DNA of 64,000 nt, from assembly GCA_951406725.2 (NCBI GenBank), contig OX597820.1:45942001-46006000 (forward strand), given 5' to 3'. Shown here one piece after another: positions 27,514 through 40,075 of the stretch. The position numbers and the translations under genes were made by a program. Every line of letters starts with the position of its first letter. Position 1 is the stretch's first letter. The stretch is from Octopus vulgaris. Taxonomy: Eukaryota. The notes below the pieces were generated by a model. The model did no database searches. It worked only from the letters and a program-made list of their open reading frames with translations, and was not told the DNA's origin.

Positions 27514-28195
27514 GATATCTAATATAGGATAAAAGTTTTCGAAAAAATTTCTATCAATGGCCAGCATATTAAAAAATACCTTTAAAGGTTAAATTATAAA
27601 CAACTTATAAACAAGGGCAAAAGAATAAAATTCTAATGCCAAAACATGCCGAAAATAAACAAATCGTCAATAACCATATAATTCATCACTATAAGCACGC
27701 GTCTCGAAGTAAGCTGACAGAAATTTCTAAAAAATTCCGTTATTATCGTATCGGCCCCGATTTCAGAGTTAATTCATAAGAATTTTCTCTTCGTCAGCGA
27801 TAAACACGTTAAGAAATAAATGAAATACTTATACCCATGGAAGAAGTAAACACTAAGTCATGAGTACACTTAAGTACCCCAAATATATCAAAACTAGAAA
27901 TTCTCCAGTACACCTCGAGACAGTATTCAACTGATGAAGGGTCGTTCTTTATATTGTTTGTCTTGTTTTCTATTTGTGTTTTTCGTTGTTCGAAAAAATA
28001 GGTCATATTCCTTGTACTCGTACTTCGTATTTATTGTTGTACACGTTTCGGGACGTCCTGTGCCCACATGTGCATATATATATATACGTATAGATGTAAG
28101 TATGTACATATACGGATATATATGTGCATAAATATATATATTATTTATATTATACACACACACACACGCGCACACACACACACACACACACACAT

Positions 28196-28228
<33 letters not shown>

Positions 28229-28309
28229 CATAAATATGTTACAGTTCTATATTTAAGAGATGAGGAATTATGTACATTATTTACATTATTTAATAATAAT
28301 AACAACAAC

Positions 28310-28344
<35 letters not shown>

Positions 28345-28404
28345 CAACAACAACATCGAAAAATACCTTAGGAATGAGAACCTAAGTTCGAAAATTTCTC
28401 CAAG

Positions 28405-28448
28405 ACACCTGATGAAGGTTGGAGGGTCTATCAGCCGAAACGTTGTGT
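28405..28448 (+). ncRNA. Minimal type I hammerhead ribozyme motif (canonical core)
   Basis: ACAC-CUGAUGA-A-GGUUGG(AGGGUCUA)UCAGCC-GAAA-CGUU-GUGU; same family as 10241-10284. Confidence 0.85.
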
Positions 28449-28491
28449 TAACAACAAACAAGATGAGGACAAATATCCGTCAAATGTAAAT

Positions 28492-28541
<50 letters not shown>

Positions 28542-28711
28542 AAAGTAAGTTTGGGAGTGAAGTTGGGATATTTTCAGAGAAGCAATCAACCCTAATACTG
28601 GGTTTATCAACACTGTTGGGATCCAAGCCAAAGCTGGAATACTTCAGGTGTAGAAAATCCAAGTTTCACAACGATTATACAGTCATATGGTTTGATGAAG
28701 AGTAAATAATC

Positions 28712-29590
28712 CAATGAAAAGAAGAAGACAAAGAAAATTCTTTAACACATCTTTAATTATGAGTTACAAATGTTTCCATACAATCGCCATTTGTAACGCC
28801 AGTTTACGGGAAAATTCTAAAAAAGAAATTACGTAATATTTGCTGTTTTAGACATTGGAGAGGCACTTCATCAGACTTACATCAAAGGAGTGCGTCCTTC
28901 AGACATTGTTGTTAGGAAAATATCGGAAGGAAATAGAATATAAAAAAATAAAAAAGTCTGTATGCGGGATAATTATGTGGGGTGTGGGACTCAAGAGTGT
29001 GGATATGTATAATGATAGGAGGGAGGAAGGGAAGGAGGAAGAGGAAAATGATCAGAAGACGAAAGTGAAGTAGGAGGGGGAAAAAGAAGGAGGAAGAGGG
29101 AAAAGTAGATACAGCGGGCAGTGCTGCATATAGCAAAATGGTTTGTCTGGTCGTATGCTGGCAGTGGGTCAGGCAGTACAGGCAGAACCATTGTTACCGA
29201 AATTTGTCAGATGGAAGATGTATTTAACAACACAACGGCATAAATTTGAAATAACTGAAAGTGAAATGATCTGTTAAATAGATAATTTTCTATCTGTTAA
29301 ATAGACAATTGTCCGGAAACACAGTAGGGTCATTCATTAGGTCTCCCAACAAAATACATCATTAACATCTTCATCGTTTGACTCCAGACAATTGTCTAGT
29401 TATCTATATAATAGATCTATCCACTTCCAGTTGTCGCAGACTAATGCCGTTGAGTGGTTAAATACGTCTACCATCGGATGAATTTCGGTAAATGGTTCTG
29501 CCCATCGCCAGCATACGACTTGATGTAACTTATAATTTGTAACTTATAAAGATGTGTTAAAGAATTTTCTTTGTCGTCTTCTTTTCATTG
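28712..29590. repeat. Nested inverted-repeat element
   Basis: Outer ~60-bp IR (28712-28771 / 29535-29590) and inner diverged IR (~29150-29320 / ~29380-29520). Confidence 0.75.
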
Positions 29591-29982
29591 TATATATATA
29601 CACACATCAAGACAAATTATATAATATAATTGTCCTCTACAGTTCTTTCTATGAAATAAAGCATCATTTATGCCATTTCGCAATTAAAATATAAATGAAC
29701 AATCCATTTTTTGTTATATGTTACCCGAATGCAAAATTTATTCTAAATATATATGTTGCTCTGAGCTGATTCTGTCCTTGTTCCCATTCAAGGACAAATA
29801 ATATATTTCTAAGATATCATAACAATATATTTGTTATTGTTAGTATTGATGTTAAATGGTTCTACGGCATTCGCATTGCCATAGCCTACGACACACGCCA
29901 TGTTTTATATACTCCCCAATGCATCAAGAAAACCCACAACACATACACTCACATACACAGATACCATATGTATGTGTGTATG

Positions 29983-30016
<34 letters not shown>

Positions 30017-30114
30017 TGTATGTATGTATGTATGTATGCATATGCACTAATAGAAACACTTATGTGCATAAATAGATTGACATGAATAATGAATGGCATA
30101 GATATACAGAAACA

Positions 30115-30154
<40 letters not shown>

Positions 30155-30260
30155 TGTTTCTGTATACCAATACGTACTAATACATACTAATACATACTAA
30201 TACATGCACCAACCCCATACATACGCACGTCCAGACCAATCTTACGCACTAATACTCTCT

Positions 30261-30297
<37 letters not shown>

Positions 30298-30530
30298 ATA
30301 CATACTAATACATACACCAACCCTATACATACACACATCCAGACCCCTCCCACGCACTTTTAGCTGGTCCCTCAACCCGTTTATCAACCCTATTATCTCC
30401 CCTTATTTCGCTCTCGCGTCTCATGTTTGATCTTTGACCTCTGGCCGAAATCAGATCGCCATGTTGATTCGTTAGCTACTGCACGCATTTTTTTTCTCTC
30501 CTTCTTTCTGTGTTTTTCTCTCTCTGTGTA

Positions 30531-30568
30531 TCTTTCTGTTGAAGAGCGTAGGCTCGAAACGTTAAAGA
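30531..30568 (+). ncRNA. Minimal hammerhead-like motif in 5' pLTR (variant core CUGUUGA)
   Basis: UCUUU-CUGUUGA-A-GAGC(GUAG)GCUC-GAAA-CGUU-AAAGA. Confidence 0.7.
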
Positions 30569-31297
30569 CTTGTTTTATTTATATTTCCTGAGCGCCATAC
30601 TAATACAATTGTTCGTTTGTTTTCCACCTGCCTTCGTCTTTTGTTTATTTTCATAAAGCTTCCCGTTATATATTATGCGCTCACGTGGTCTCACTTTCAT
30701 CCTATATTCTACCAATACCACTATCAACACTTACCTCTACCTTGGATTTTCTTTACCTCTTGGATACTTACCATTGGCTGCACCTCTCTTTCGCGGATCA
30801 AAGTGACTTTGCATTGATGTGAAATCCTTAAAAAATATACCACGACGTCTACATATTTCTCACCTTGAACTTTCAACCTTGAACTTGTTCGCATAAACTG
30901 TCCCGTTTGTTGTATTTTTATTTTCTCTTATATTACCACTTTTTTTACATTCATTTCATGCTTCCCACATTTTCCTGAATTTTTGTTCTCCTTTCCGTCT
31001 TTCTTCCCTCTCTGGATGTCCATACTCCGTTTCCTCTGCCTGCACCCCCCTTTTTTTTTGCCTCCCCCTCTCTCTGCTTCCCTTCTTTCTTTCCCTTTTC
31101 CGTTTGCCCCGTCTTTTCTGCCCCTATCGCTTACTTATCTAGTTTTTTCATACGATTATTATTTTTTTGTTTTTTTGAACGTTTGTTTTTTCCCCTTTTT
31201 TCGCTATCCTTTTTTTCTATTTTTTTCATACGATAATTTTTGTTTTTTGGTTTTTTTTTTTTTGTTTTGTCGAACGTTTTTTTTCCGCTATCCCATC

Positions 31298-34207
31298 ATG
31301 CCGGATCCTAGGTCCTACCTCCTCACCCTCCATCACCGTTTGAAGGATCATCTACGTTCGCTTCCTGTATATTGCCTTCAGCCGTCCGTTAATCTCTCTC
31401 TACTTCTTTTTAAAAAACCCGCTTCTCTAGCCATGTCTCTTTCCTAAGCCGCTGCCTACATCACCGACTCATCCCTAAAGGTTTCCGCCTCCACTTCCAC
31501 CCTGCTCTCCACTCGGATTCTTCCATCTTACCCATACTCCGCACCACATCTTACCGCCTTATGCGGGCCACCATTCGCTCCAATCTCTCCAAACTACATG
31601 CCATCAACCGCCTTCTTCCTCCTGCTTTCTCCACCTTCTTCTCCTCTCTGCCGCCTCTTTATGCTCCAAACACGCTACGCTTCATTATCCATTTGAATCA
31701 ACTCTTCCATCAATTTCTTTCTGATACCAAACTTCGTAAACTCCAATCACTCTTCCATTCCACCCTACCCGACGCCACTACCCCAACTCCTCCACCACCC
31801 TTCTCCCCTCCCGATAGGCTCCATCCACCCACACCTAACCCCACTGCCCCTCCCTACAACCCCTTCTCCCCTCCCGTTAGGCTCCATCCACCTACACCTA
31901 ACCCTACTGCCCCGCCCAACCACCCCCCACACACCTCTCCAATCCCTCCCCCTCAGACCTCCACGAGACCTACCACCCCTCCTACTTCTATTCCATCCAC
32001 CCCTTCTCCACTTCCGTCTGTTGTTACCATTCCCCCCGATCTTCCCCTCTCTGCGGCTGAACGCTCCGTCCTTGGTAGGGGTCTGCGTTTCATCCCCCTC
32101 ACTCCATCCTGTAAGGAATTCCAGACGCGAGTTGATGTCCACAGCTTTGTGCGCCGTGTCCGGTTGGGTGCGCATTACCACGACTCGCCACCCACACCCA
32201 ACGAAGAGGACGACTGCTTCACTGGCCTGGGCCGCCGACCATCCCCGTGGACGCCTGCCCCTGGCCAGATCCTAGCAGTGGATCTTTTCGCGGGCGCTTG
32301 TCAGCGTGCATTGGAGCGGTTCAACTTCTCCAGGCGCCAACGCCGCCTCAACATCTCCCCGGCTGAGCTCTTGGCTCTTCGTTCCCTCCAACGGCGCGCT
32401 GACATTATCATCAAACCGGCTGACAAGGGTGGAGCTGTAGTGGTGTGGCGCGCGGACCTCTATAGGGCCGAGGCTTTCCGCCAACTCAATGACACCTCCT
32501 TCTATTCCCCTCTGCCCTCTAACCCCACACGTAGCTACCAACAGACGGTATCCTCTACTGTCCAAGACCTCATCTCGTCCTCCCGGCTCCCCCGCACCGC
32601 ATCCAACCTAATTGTGCGAACCCCACGTACCCCCACCATTTACTTCCTCCCCAAAATCCACAAACCCAACAACCCTGGCCGCCCCATCGTCTCCGCCTGT
32701 AACTGCCCCACGGAGCTCATCTCTAAATACCTCGACCGTGTCCTTGCCCCCCTAGTGGCATCTCTTCCCTCCCACATCCACGATACCAACCATGCTCTCC
32801 GGCTTTTCAACTCTTTCTCCTTTCCTCCCGGCTCCTCCAAAATCCTTTTTACTATGGACATCCAAAGCCTCTATACTGTTATCCCTCACCACGAAGGACT
32901 GCAGGCCCTTCGACACTTTCTTGACCTCCGCTCTAACCCTGTACCTGACACCTCCACACTCATTCGTCTGGCCGAACTTGTCCTTACTCTGAACTGCTTC
33001 TCGTTCGCGGGCGAGTTCTACCATCAGGTCTCGGGAGTGGCCATGGGAACGCGAATGGGCCCCAACTATGCGAACCTGTTCGTTGGCTATGTTGAGGCCC
33101 AAATATTCTCTAATTTCACTGGTCCCACTCCTGAACTATATGGTCGTTATATTGACGACATTATCGGTGCCACCTCACTCTCCCGCGAACATCTAGATTC
33201 CTTCCTCTCTTTCGTCCAATCTTTCCATCCAGCCCTCCACTTCACTTCCACTATCTCCAACACCTCTGTCTCCTTCCTCGACATTTCGGTTAGCATTCTT
33301 CACTCCACTCTTACCACCTCCATTCACTACAAACACACAGACTCACACTCATACCTCAACTTCTCTTCCTCCCACCCAGAACACACCAAGCTTTCCATCC
33401 CCTATTCCCAATTCCTCCGTCTACGTAGGCTCTGTAGTGACGACCATGACTTTGAGACTCAGTCTCAACGTATGGCTCACCACTTCACCCTACGTGGATA
33501 CCCCCTCACCACTATCCACACCGCCCTTGCCAGAGCACGGTCCGTGGACCGTGTATCTGCTCTCTCTCCCCGAACCCGCCCTGTAGTCTCCCGCCTCCCT
33601 TTTCCCCTCACTTACCACCCCACGACCCTACGTCTCCAACGCACCATTCTTCGAGCTTTCCGTCATCTCCAGTCCGACCCGTCCACTTCACACCTCTTCC
33701 CTAACCGACCCCTCCCCTCTTTCAAACGAGCCCACAACCTTCGGGACCTTTTGGTCCATAGCTCCTTCCCTGACCCTACCTCCCAACCCGGCTCGTTCCC
33801 CTGCTCCCGCCCACGTTGCCGCACTTGCCCTTACATCTCCAACACCACCCGCCTCACTAGCACCCACCATCGACCCTATCCCATCATCCACTCCTTCACC
33901 TGCACCTCCAGCAATATTATCTATTGCATCTCTTGCTCTCTCTGCAATTCCTTGTACATCGGACAAACGGGACGCCGCTTGGCTGACCGGTTCGCGGAAC
34001 ACCTTCGTGACATCCACCTTGCGAACGACACACCGGTCTCACGTCATTTCCGCTCCAACCGGTCACTCCTTGCAACACCTATCTGTGTTCGGTTTGTCCT
34101 TACACAGAGGCCATCCGGATTCCCGTTTGCGCCGTGAACAGGAATTAATCTTCTCTCTTCGCTCTTATACGCCATTTGGTCTCAACTCTCCCCCCCTCCT
34201 CATCTAA
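31298..34207 (+). CDS. PLE reverse transcriptase / GIY-YIG endonuclease polyprotein (~970 aa reconstructed; frameshifts near 31415 and 34057)
   Basis: FSSHVSFLSRC..LIPKGF N-terminus; IKPADKGGAVVV; LPKIHK..PGRPIVS; DIQSLYTVIPH; GVAMGTRMGPNYANLF; RYIDD; FLD; CSRPRCRTC..H linker; NIIYCISC..LYIGQTGRRLADRFAEH; REQELI..GLN. Confidence 0.95.
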
Positions 34208-34784
34208 CCTCACCCCCCCCTCCTCACCTATCCTTTCTCCCCCCGACCCCTACTTCTTCAGTCCTTCATCCTTTCACCCCTACTCCCCTTCCCTTCTTCC
34301 CTCTTTCTCCCTCCCTCTTCCCCTTCCCTCTGCTCCCTCACTCCCTCTCTCCCCTTCTCTCTCCCCCTCTCCCTCTTTCCTCCTTCATCCCCCTCATCCC
34401 CTTCCTTCTCCCCCATCCTCTCCTCTCCCCCTTCTCCTCCCCCTCTTCTTCCCCTCCCCTTCTCTCCCCTCTTCTCCCCTCCCCCTCTTCTCCTCACTAC
34501 ACCACATGACTTTACACATCACATCACATATGATGTGCCATACTAATACACACACCAACTAATACCTACTAATACGTACTAATACATACTAGTACATACT
34601 AATACTTACACCAACCCTATACATACACACGTCCAGACCCCGCATACGCACTTATACTCTCTCACACACACACACACACACCTATACATACCAATACGTA
34701 CTAATACATACTAATACATACTAATACATGCACCAACCCCATACATACGCACGTCCAGACCAATCTTACGCACTAATACTCTCT

Positions 34785-34819
<35 letters not shown>

Positions 34820-35052
34820 TATACATACTAATACATACACCAACCCTATACATACACACATCCAGACCCCTCCCACGCACTTTTAGCTGGTCCCTCAACC
34901 CGTTTATCAACCCTATTATCTCCCCTTATTTCGCTCTCGCGTCTCATGTTTGATCTTTGACCTCTGGCCGAAATCAGATCGCCATGTTGATTCGTTAGCT
35001 ACTGCACGCATTTTTTTCTCTCCTTCTTTCTGTGTTTTTCTCTCTCTGTGTA

Positions 35053-35090
35053 TCTTTCTGTTGAAGAGCGTAGGCTCGAAACGTTAAAGA
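35053..35090 (+). ncRNA. Minimal hammerhead-like motif in 3' pLTR of copy A
   Basis: Identical to 30531-30568. Confidence 0.7.
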
Positions 35091-35187
35091 CTTGTTTTAT
35101 TTATATTTCCTGAGCGCCATACTAATACAATTGTTCGTTTGTTTTCCACCTGCCTTCGTCTTTTGTTTATTTTCATAAAGCTTCCCG

Positions 35188-35283
<96 letters not shown>

Positions 35284-35780
35284 TGTATATATATGTGTAT
35301 ATATGTATATATGTGTATATATATATATATATATGTAAATACACATGTATACATATATATATATATATGTACACACACACATACACACACACACATACAC
35401 ACACACACATATATATATACATGCACTTACAAAATATGTTTCGACTATCAAAGACTCGTGCAACAGACGAATTATAGAAGGATGTTGTTATGAGAGTAGC
35501 TCACAAAGATTGCTCCAATTTTGTTTCATGCAATTATTTATCTTCATAAATATTTCCATCTGGAGTAGGTTTCTCATTATTGTGGTTTAGACTACTTTTA
35601 CTGACAGCATCCTGTAGTTCATGACAAGGAAATATATAAAATACCTATATTCAAACGTGTGTGTGAATGCGTGCGTGTGTGCGTGCGCTCAAGTGTGTGG
35701 GGGTGTTATATATATTAGTGCACCCACACTCATATATATGTATGTATATATATGCGCGCGCGCGTGTATCTGTCTGTCTG

Positions 35781-35843
<63 letters not shown>

Positions 35844-35907
35844 TTATCACTTAGAACGGTGGCGCCCCAGCATGACCGTAGCTTTAAAGCTGAAACAAAT
35901 TAAAGAG

Positions 35908-35946
<39 letters not shown>

Positions 35947-36911
35947 CAGCTTAGAGAAGAAGAAACGAAACGAAACCAAACGAATCGAATCGAATCGACG
36001 CGAAGGCGCTCAGTCATACAATAGTGTAATAAATAAAATATATGCACACATACAAACATATATGTACGTACCTACATCTACATGTATATATACATGCATA
36101 TATAAATATATATACGTGTGTACAGGACACCACAAATAGACGTAGAACTGAACGAGAAACGAAAACGTAAAAACAGCATGGAACGGACCATTTTTTTAAC
36201 AACGAAAAAACAGAGTACAAGACAACTACACAAGGAAAAATCCCCTTCATCAGCTGTCACTAGTTCAACTCCAGCGTGTTTCGAAGGTGAGGACAGAACA
36301 CGTCTCGTCGAACTAATCCTTCCTGCGAAAGAATTAAATAAAATTCCTTTGCAGAGGGGTAAAAACAAGGAAAAAAAAACAGGACGTAAAAACAATACAA
36401 TTAAAAACAAATACAAAATAAAATACAATTACAAAAAAATACAGTACAAGAAGGAATAGAAACAGGACAGGAAAACAAATAAAGAGGGCCTATAAGCCTA
36501 GACGAGGAAAAAAAAAATTTTTCACGAGCGCAGGAAGACACATGTTTACTTGATAGTCATGAGTACAATTAAGTACCCCAAATATATCCAAACTAGAAAC
36601 TCTCTAGCCCATCTCGAGACGCGTGCGATTCGAACAAAAAAAACTCTCGTAAAGTGAGAGAGTTAAATTTAACCTTTAAAGGTATTTTTTAATATGCTGG
36701 CCATTCTTAGAATTGTTTTCGAAACATTTTATCCTACATTATATATATATATATATATTACTGAGACTGTTTATCTCTCTCTCTTACTCTTTATTTGATA
36801 GTCTCTTTGCACGTATGTATGTGCGTGTATTTTTGTGTGTATGTATGTATATATGTATGTGTGTGTATATGTATATGAATGTATATCTATATATCTATAT
36901 ATCTATATCTA

Positions 36912-36973
<62 letters not shown>

Positions 36974-36977
36974 CCTA

Positions 36978-37051
<74 letters not shown>

Positions 37052-37413
37052 TACGTTATGAAAGTGATAAAGGACATTAAGCAGCACCAGTATTGCTAGA
37101 AATAAGAATCAAAGCAACTCAATAGCTACAGAAAGCACTGTCTCAATGACTGACAAGGGAGGCTGGTTCCTTACAACAGTAGATATAGCCGGATCATCGA
37201 TGATTTCGCATCTTAATGCTTACGCATCTTAATGCCCACCAATGGCTCTCACCAAGCCTAGAGTTAACTCAGCTCGCCTCGTGAATTTAAAAGATTTCCG
37301 TTGAAATCATATGGTGATTTCATACATAGTAAAAGTGAAAATTATAGATAATATGGGTGGCTAATTCACAATTTTACAACTTCTTATTTCTAGCAATACT
37401 AGCGCTGTCACTT

Positions 37414-37444
<31 letters not shown>

Positions 37445-37460
37445 GTATATATATATATGC

Positions 37461-37516
<56 letters not shown>

Positions 37517-37564
37517 ATGTATATATATATATTACATATGTGTACATACATACATACATACATT

Positions 37565-37600
<36 letters not shown>

Positions 37601-38769
37601 AAGACACTGGAGTGGTTGTGTTGTAAGAAGTTTGCTTCCCTCGCATGCGTCGGTTTATTCGCTGTGTTGACGGAATCTTTTGTGCTGCTTGGCACCGGGT
37701 GTTATACTGGTAGAGACAATGTATTCAGACCTTAGCGAGTATGAGCTGTCCTCAGCTGAAGAAGGGCTCGTTAAAGCGGTAAATAGAATGAATGAGCATT
37801 TGCAAAGTGTAAAGAGTTTTGCTGAGGCTGTAAAGGTGAAGAAAAGAGAGGTGTCGAGGATTAATTATTTTTCAGTTGGATATGGTGAAGGACGATTGTA
37901 TGTACATCCAGTAGCTGTGTCGCTTTTGAGTTTTGTAAGGAGGCCAGTAAATGGTCGAGACCTTACACACACGCGCGCACACACACGTAAACACATATAC
38001 ATACACTTACATTCATACGTACATATGTTTGTGTGTATACATATATGTATGTATATATGTATATGAATATGTATACATTATATATATTTTATGAATATAT
38101 ACATATATATATGTATATATGTATACACACATATACACACACACATATATATATATTGATATATATATATATTTAACATATGTATATATATATGTATATG
38201 TGTGTGTATATATATATGTACATATATAAAATATATGAAATATATATACATATATATGTATGTATATATATGTATATATATATATATATATATGTGTGTG
38301 TGCTTATATATGCGTACATACATACATACATCCATCCACACAGATACATACATTTGACCTCTACTTTTCATAACAGGCGAAACGCCTCAGCATCATTACC
38401 ATCATCACAACCTGTAGAACAAGGTTACCACTTCAGACTGTAACCTCTACATTTTCTCATCAACGCCGCCGAGCACAGTTAGTCAATGGTGCCGAAGCAT
38501 ACTTCAAGTCAAAGTCCATTGTTATAAAGAGTTCCGGTTTCATTGAAAACGAAAACAGAAGCATCATTACTGAGATTTAATTTCCTAGGCCATGACTTCA
38601 GATGACCCGGATATCACATATTAGTTGTAAATTCAGCTGGCGACTGTTCTACAGGATATGTTCTTTCATAAAACAATGTAGCAAATACTATTTTGGATAA
38701 CACATTTGTCAGACGATATAGACGATATGACAGTTGACTACCAACTCCACTAAGGCGATACAAAAGCAT

Positions 38770-38837
<68 letters not shown>

Positions 38838-38856
38838 GAATGTGTGTATATATATA

Positions 38857-38984
38857 CAGGGTGATTCAAAAGTCGCCATACATAAGAACAATTTATTTTT
38901 TTATATGAAACAGTTTTTTTATTTATTTAACTGTTTCTTATAAAAAAAAATTTCCCTATGTATGATGACTTTTGAATCACCCTG
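38857..38984. mobile_element. Palindromic Tc1/mariner-type MITE
   Basis: TA|cagggtgattcaaaagtcgccatacata ... tatgtatgatgacttttgaatcaccctg. Confidence 0.8.
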
Positions 38985-39155
38985 AATAAACAAGTTTTTT
39001 CATTCTCTTTCTGTTTACTTTCTGTTATTTCTTTTTGTTGAAGAGTATAGGCTCAAAACATAAAATACTTTCATGTTCTCGTGGGTCAAACTAATACACT
39101 TGCTTGTTATTCATACACCTGTCTTCGTCTTTAGTTTATCTATAAATTTCAACTA

Positions 39156-39186
<31 letters not shown>

Positions 39187-39524
39187 GTAAAAAATACAAA
39201 CTGGGACAAGAACGCAAAACATTTAGAAGACGATACAAAAAACACGGACGGGACATTCGAAGCCTTCAATCTTCAGTCAAGAACCGGATCATCCTCGCAA
39301 TTTCGGCTGATTAATCTTGAGATTGCTCCGATCTGGCCAGCCCCAAAGGAAAATCTAAGCCAAGCGCATTAGATTCCTTGGAAGAAAGCTTCGAATGTAT
39401 ACAAAACAAGGACGGAAAACGGACGAGGTTACACGAATAAGAATACAAAAATACGTAAAAACAATAATGATAATAATAATAACAAAAACAGGACGTCACA
39501 GACAGGCGTCTTTCGACAGGACCA

Positions 39525-39555
<31 letters not shown>

Positions 39556-39775
39556 TGTATGTATGTATGTATGTATGTATGTATGTATGTATGTATGTAT
39601 GTATATATATATATATATATATATGCATGTATGTATACACATACATACACATAATATGTATATATACACATACATACCCATTATATATATATATATAAAA
39701 TAGAAACAGTGTTGTTCCTAAATCTCTCAACGAGAGATATTCAGTAAATCGTTATTTTATATTTATAAATATATA

Positions 39776-40075
39776 TACAAAATATTTTATGATTATATAC
39801 ATAATTATAACAAGAGATCGGCTTTACGCCTCGCCACACACTGCAAAAAATAGACGCTAAAGCCCCCGTTACCACGTTAAAATCTCCGAGAATAACACTG
39901 TATTGTAGGCGAGCAAAAGAAAAATAATGAATCAACAAGGTTCGGTTAACTGCAGTTATTCTCGGAGATTTTAAGGTGGTAATAGAGGCTTTAGCGTTTA
40001 TTTCTTGCAGTGTATGGTGAGGCGTAAAGCCGATCTCTTGTTATAATTATGTATATAATTACAAAAAATTTTGTA
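39776..40075. repeat. ~120-bp-arm imperfect inverted repeat
   Basis: ataattataacaagagatcggctttacgcctc...aaaatctccgagaataac versus its reverse complement at 39955-40075. Confidence 0.9.

Larger units (their letters stand above)
30165..35190 (+). mobile_element. Penelope-like retroelement (Neptune-type), copy A, with partial 5' pLTR (30165-30670) and full 3' pLTR
   Basis: Direct repeat 30165-30670 = ~34690-35190. Single RT+GIY-YIG ORF. 3' end abuts (TA)n. Confidence 0.95.

Noticed and set aside
31765-34017. Antisense ORFs within the PLE (also 50539-52920)
   Set aside because: Shadow ORFs caused by the C-rich codon bias of the real ORF.
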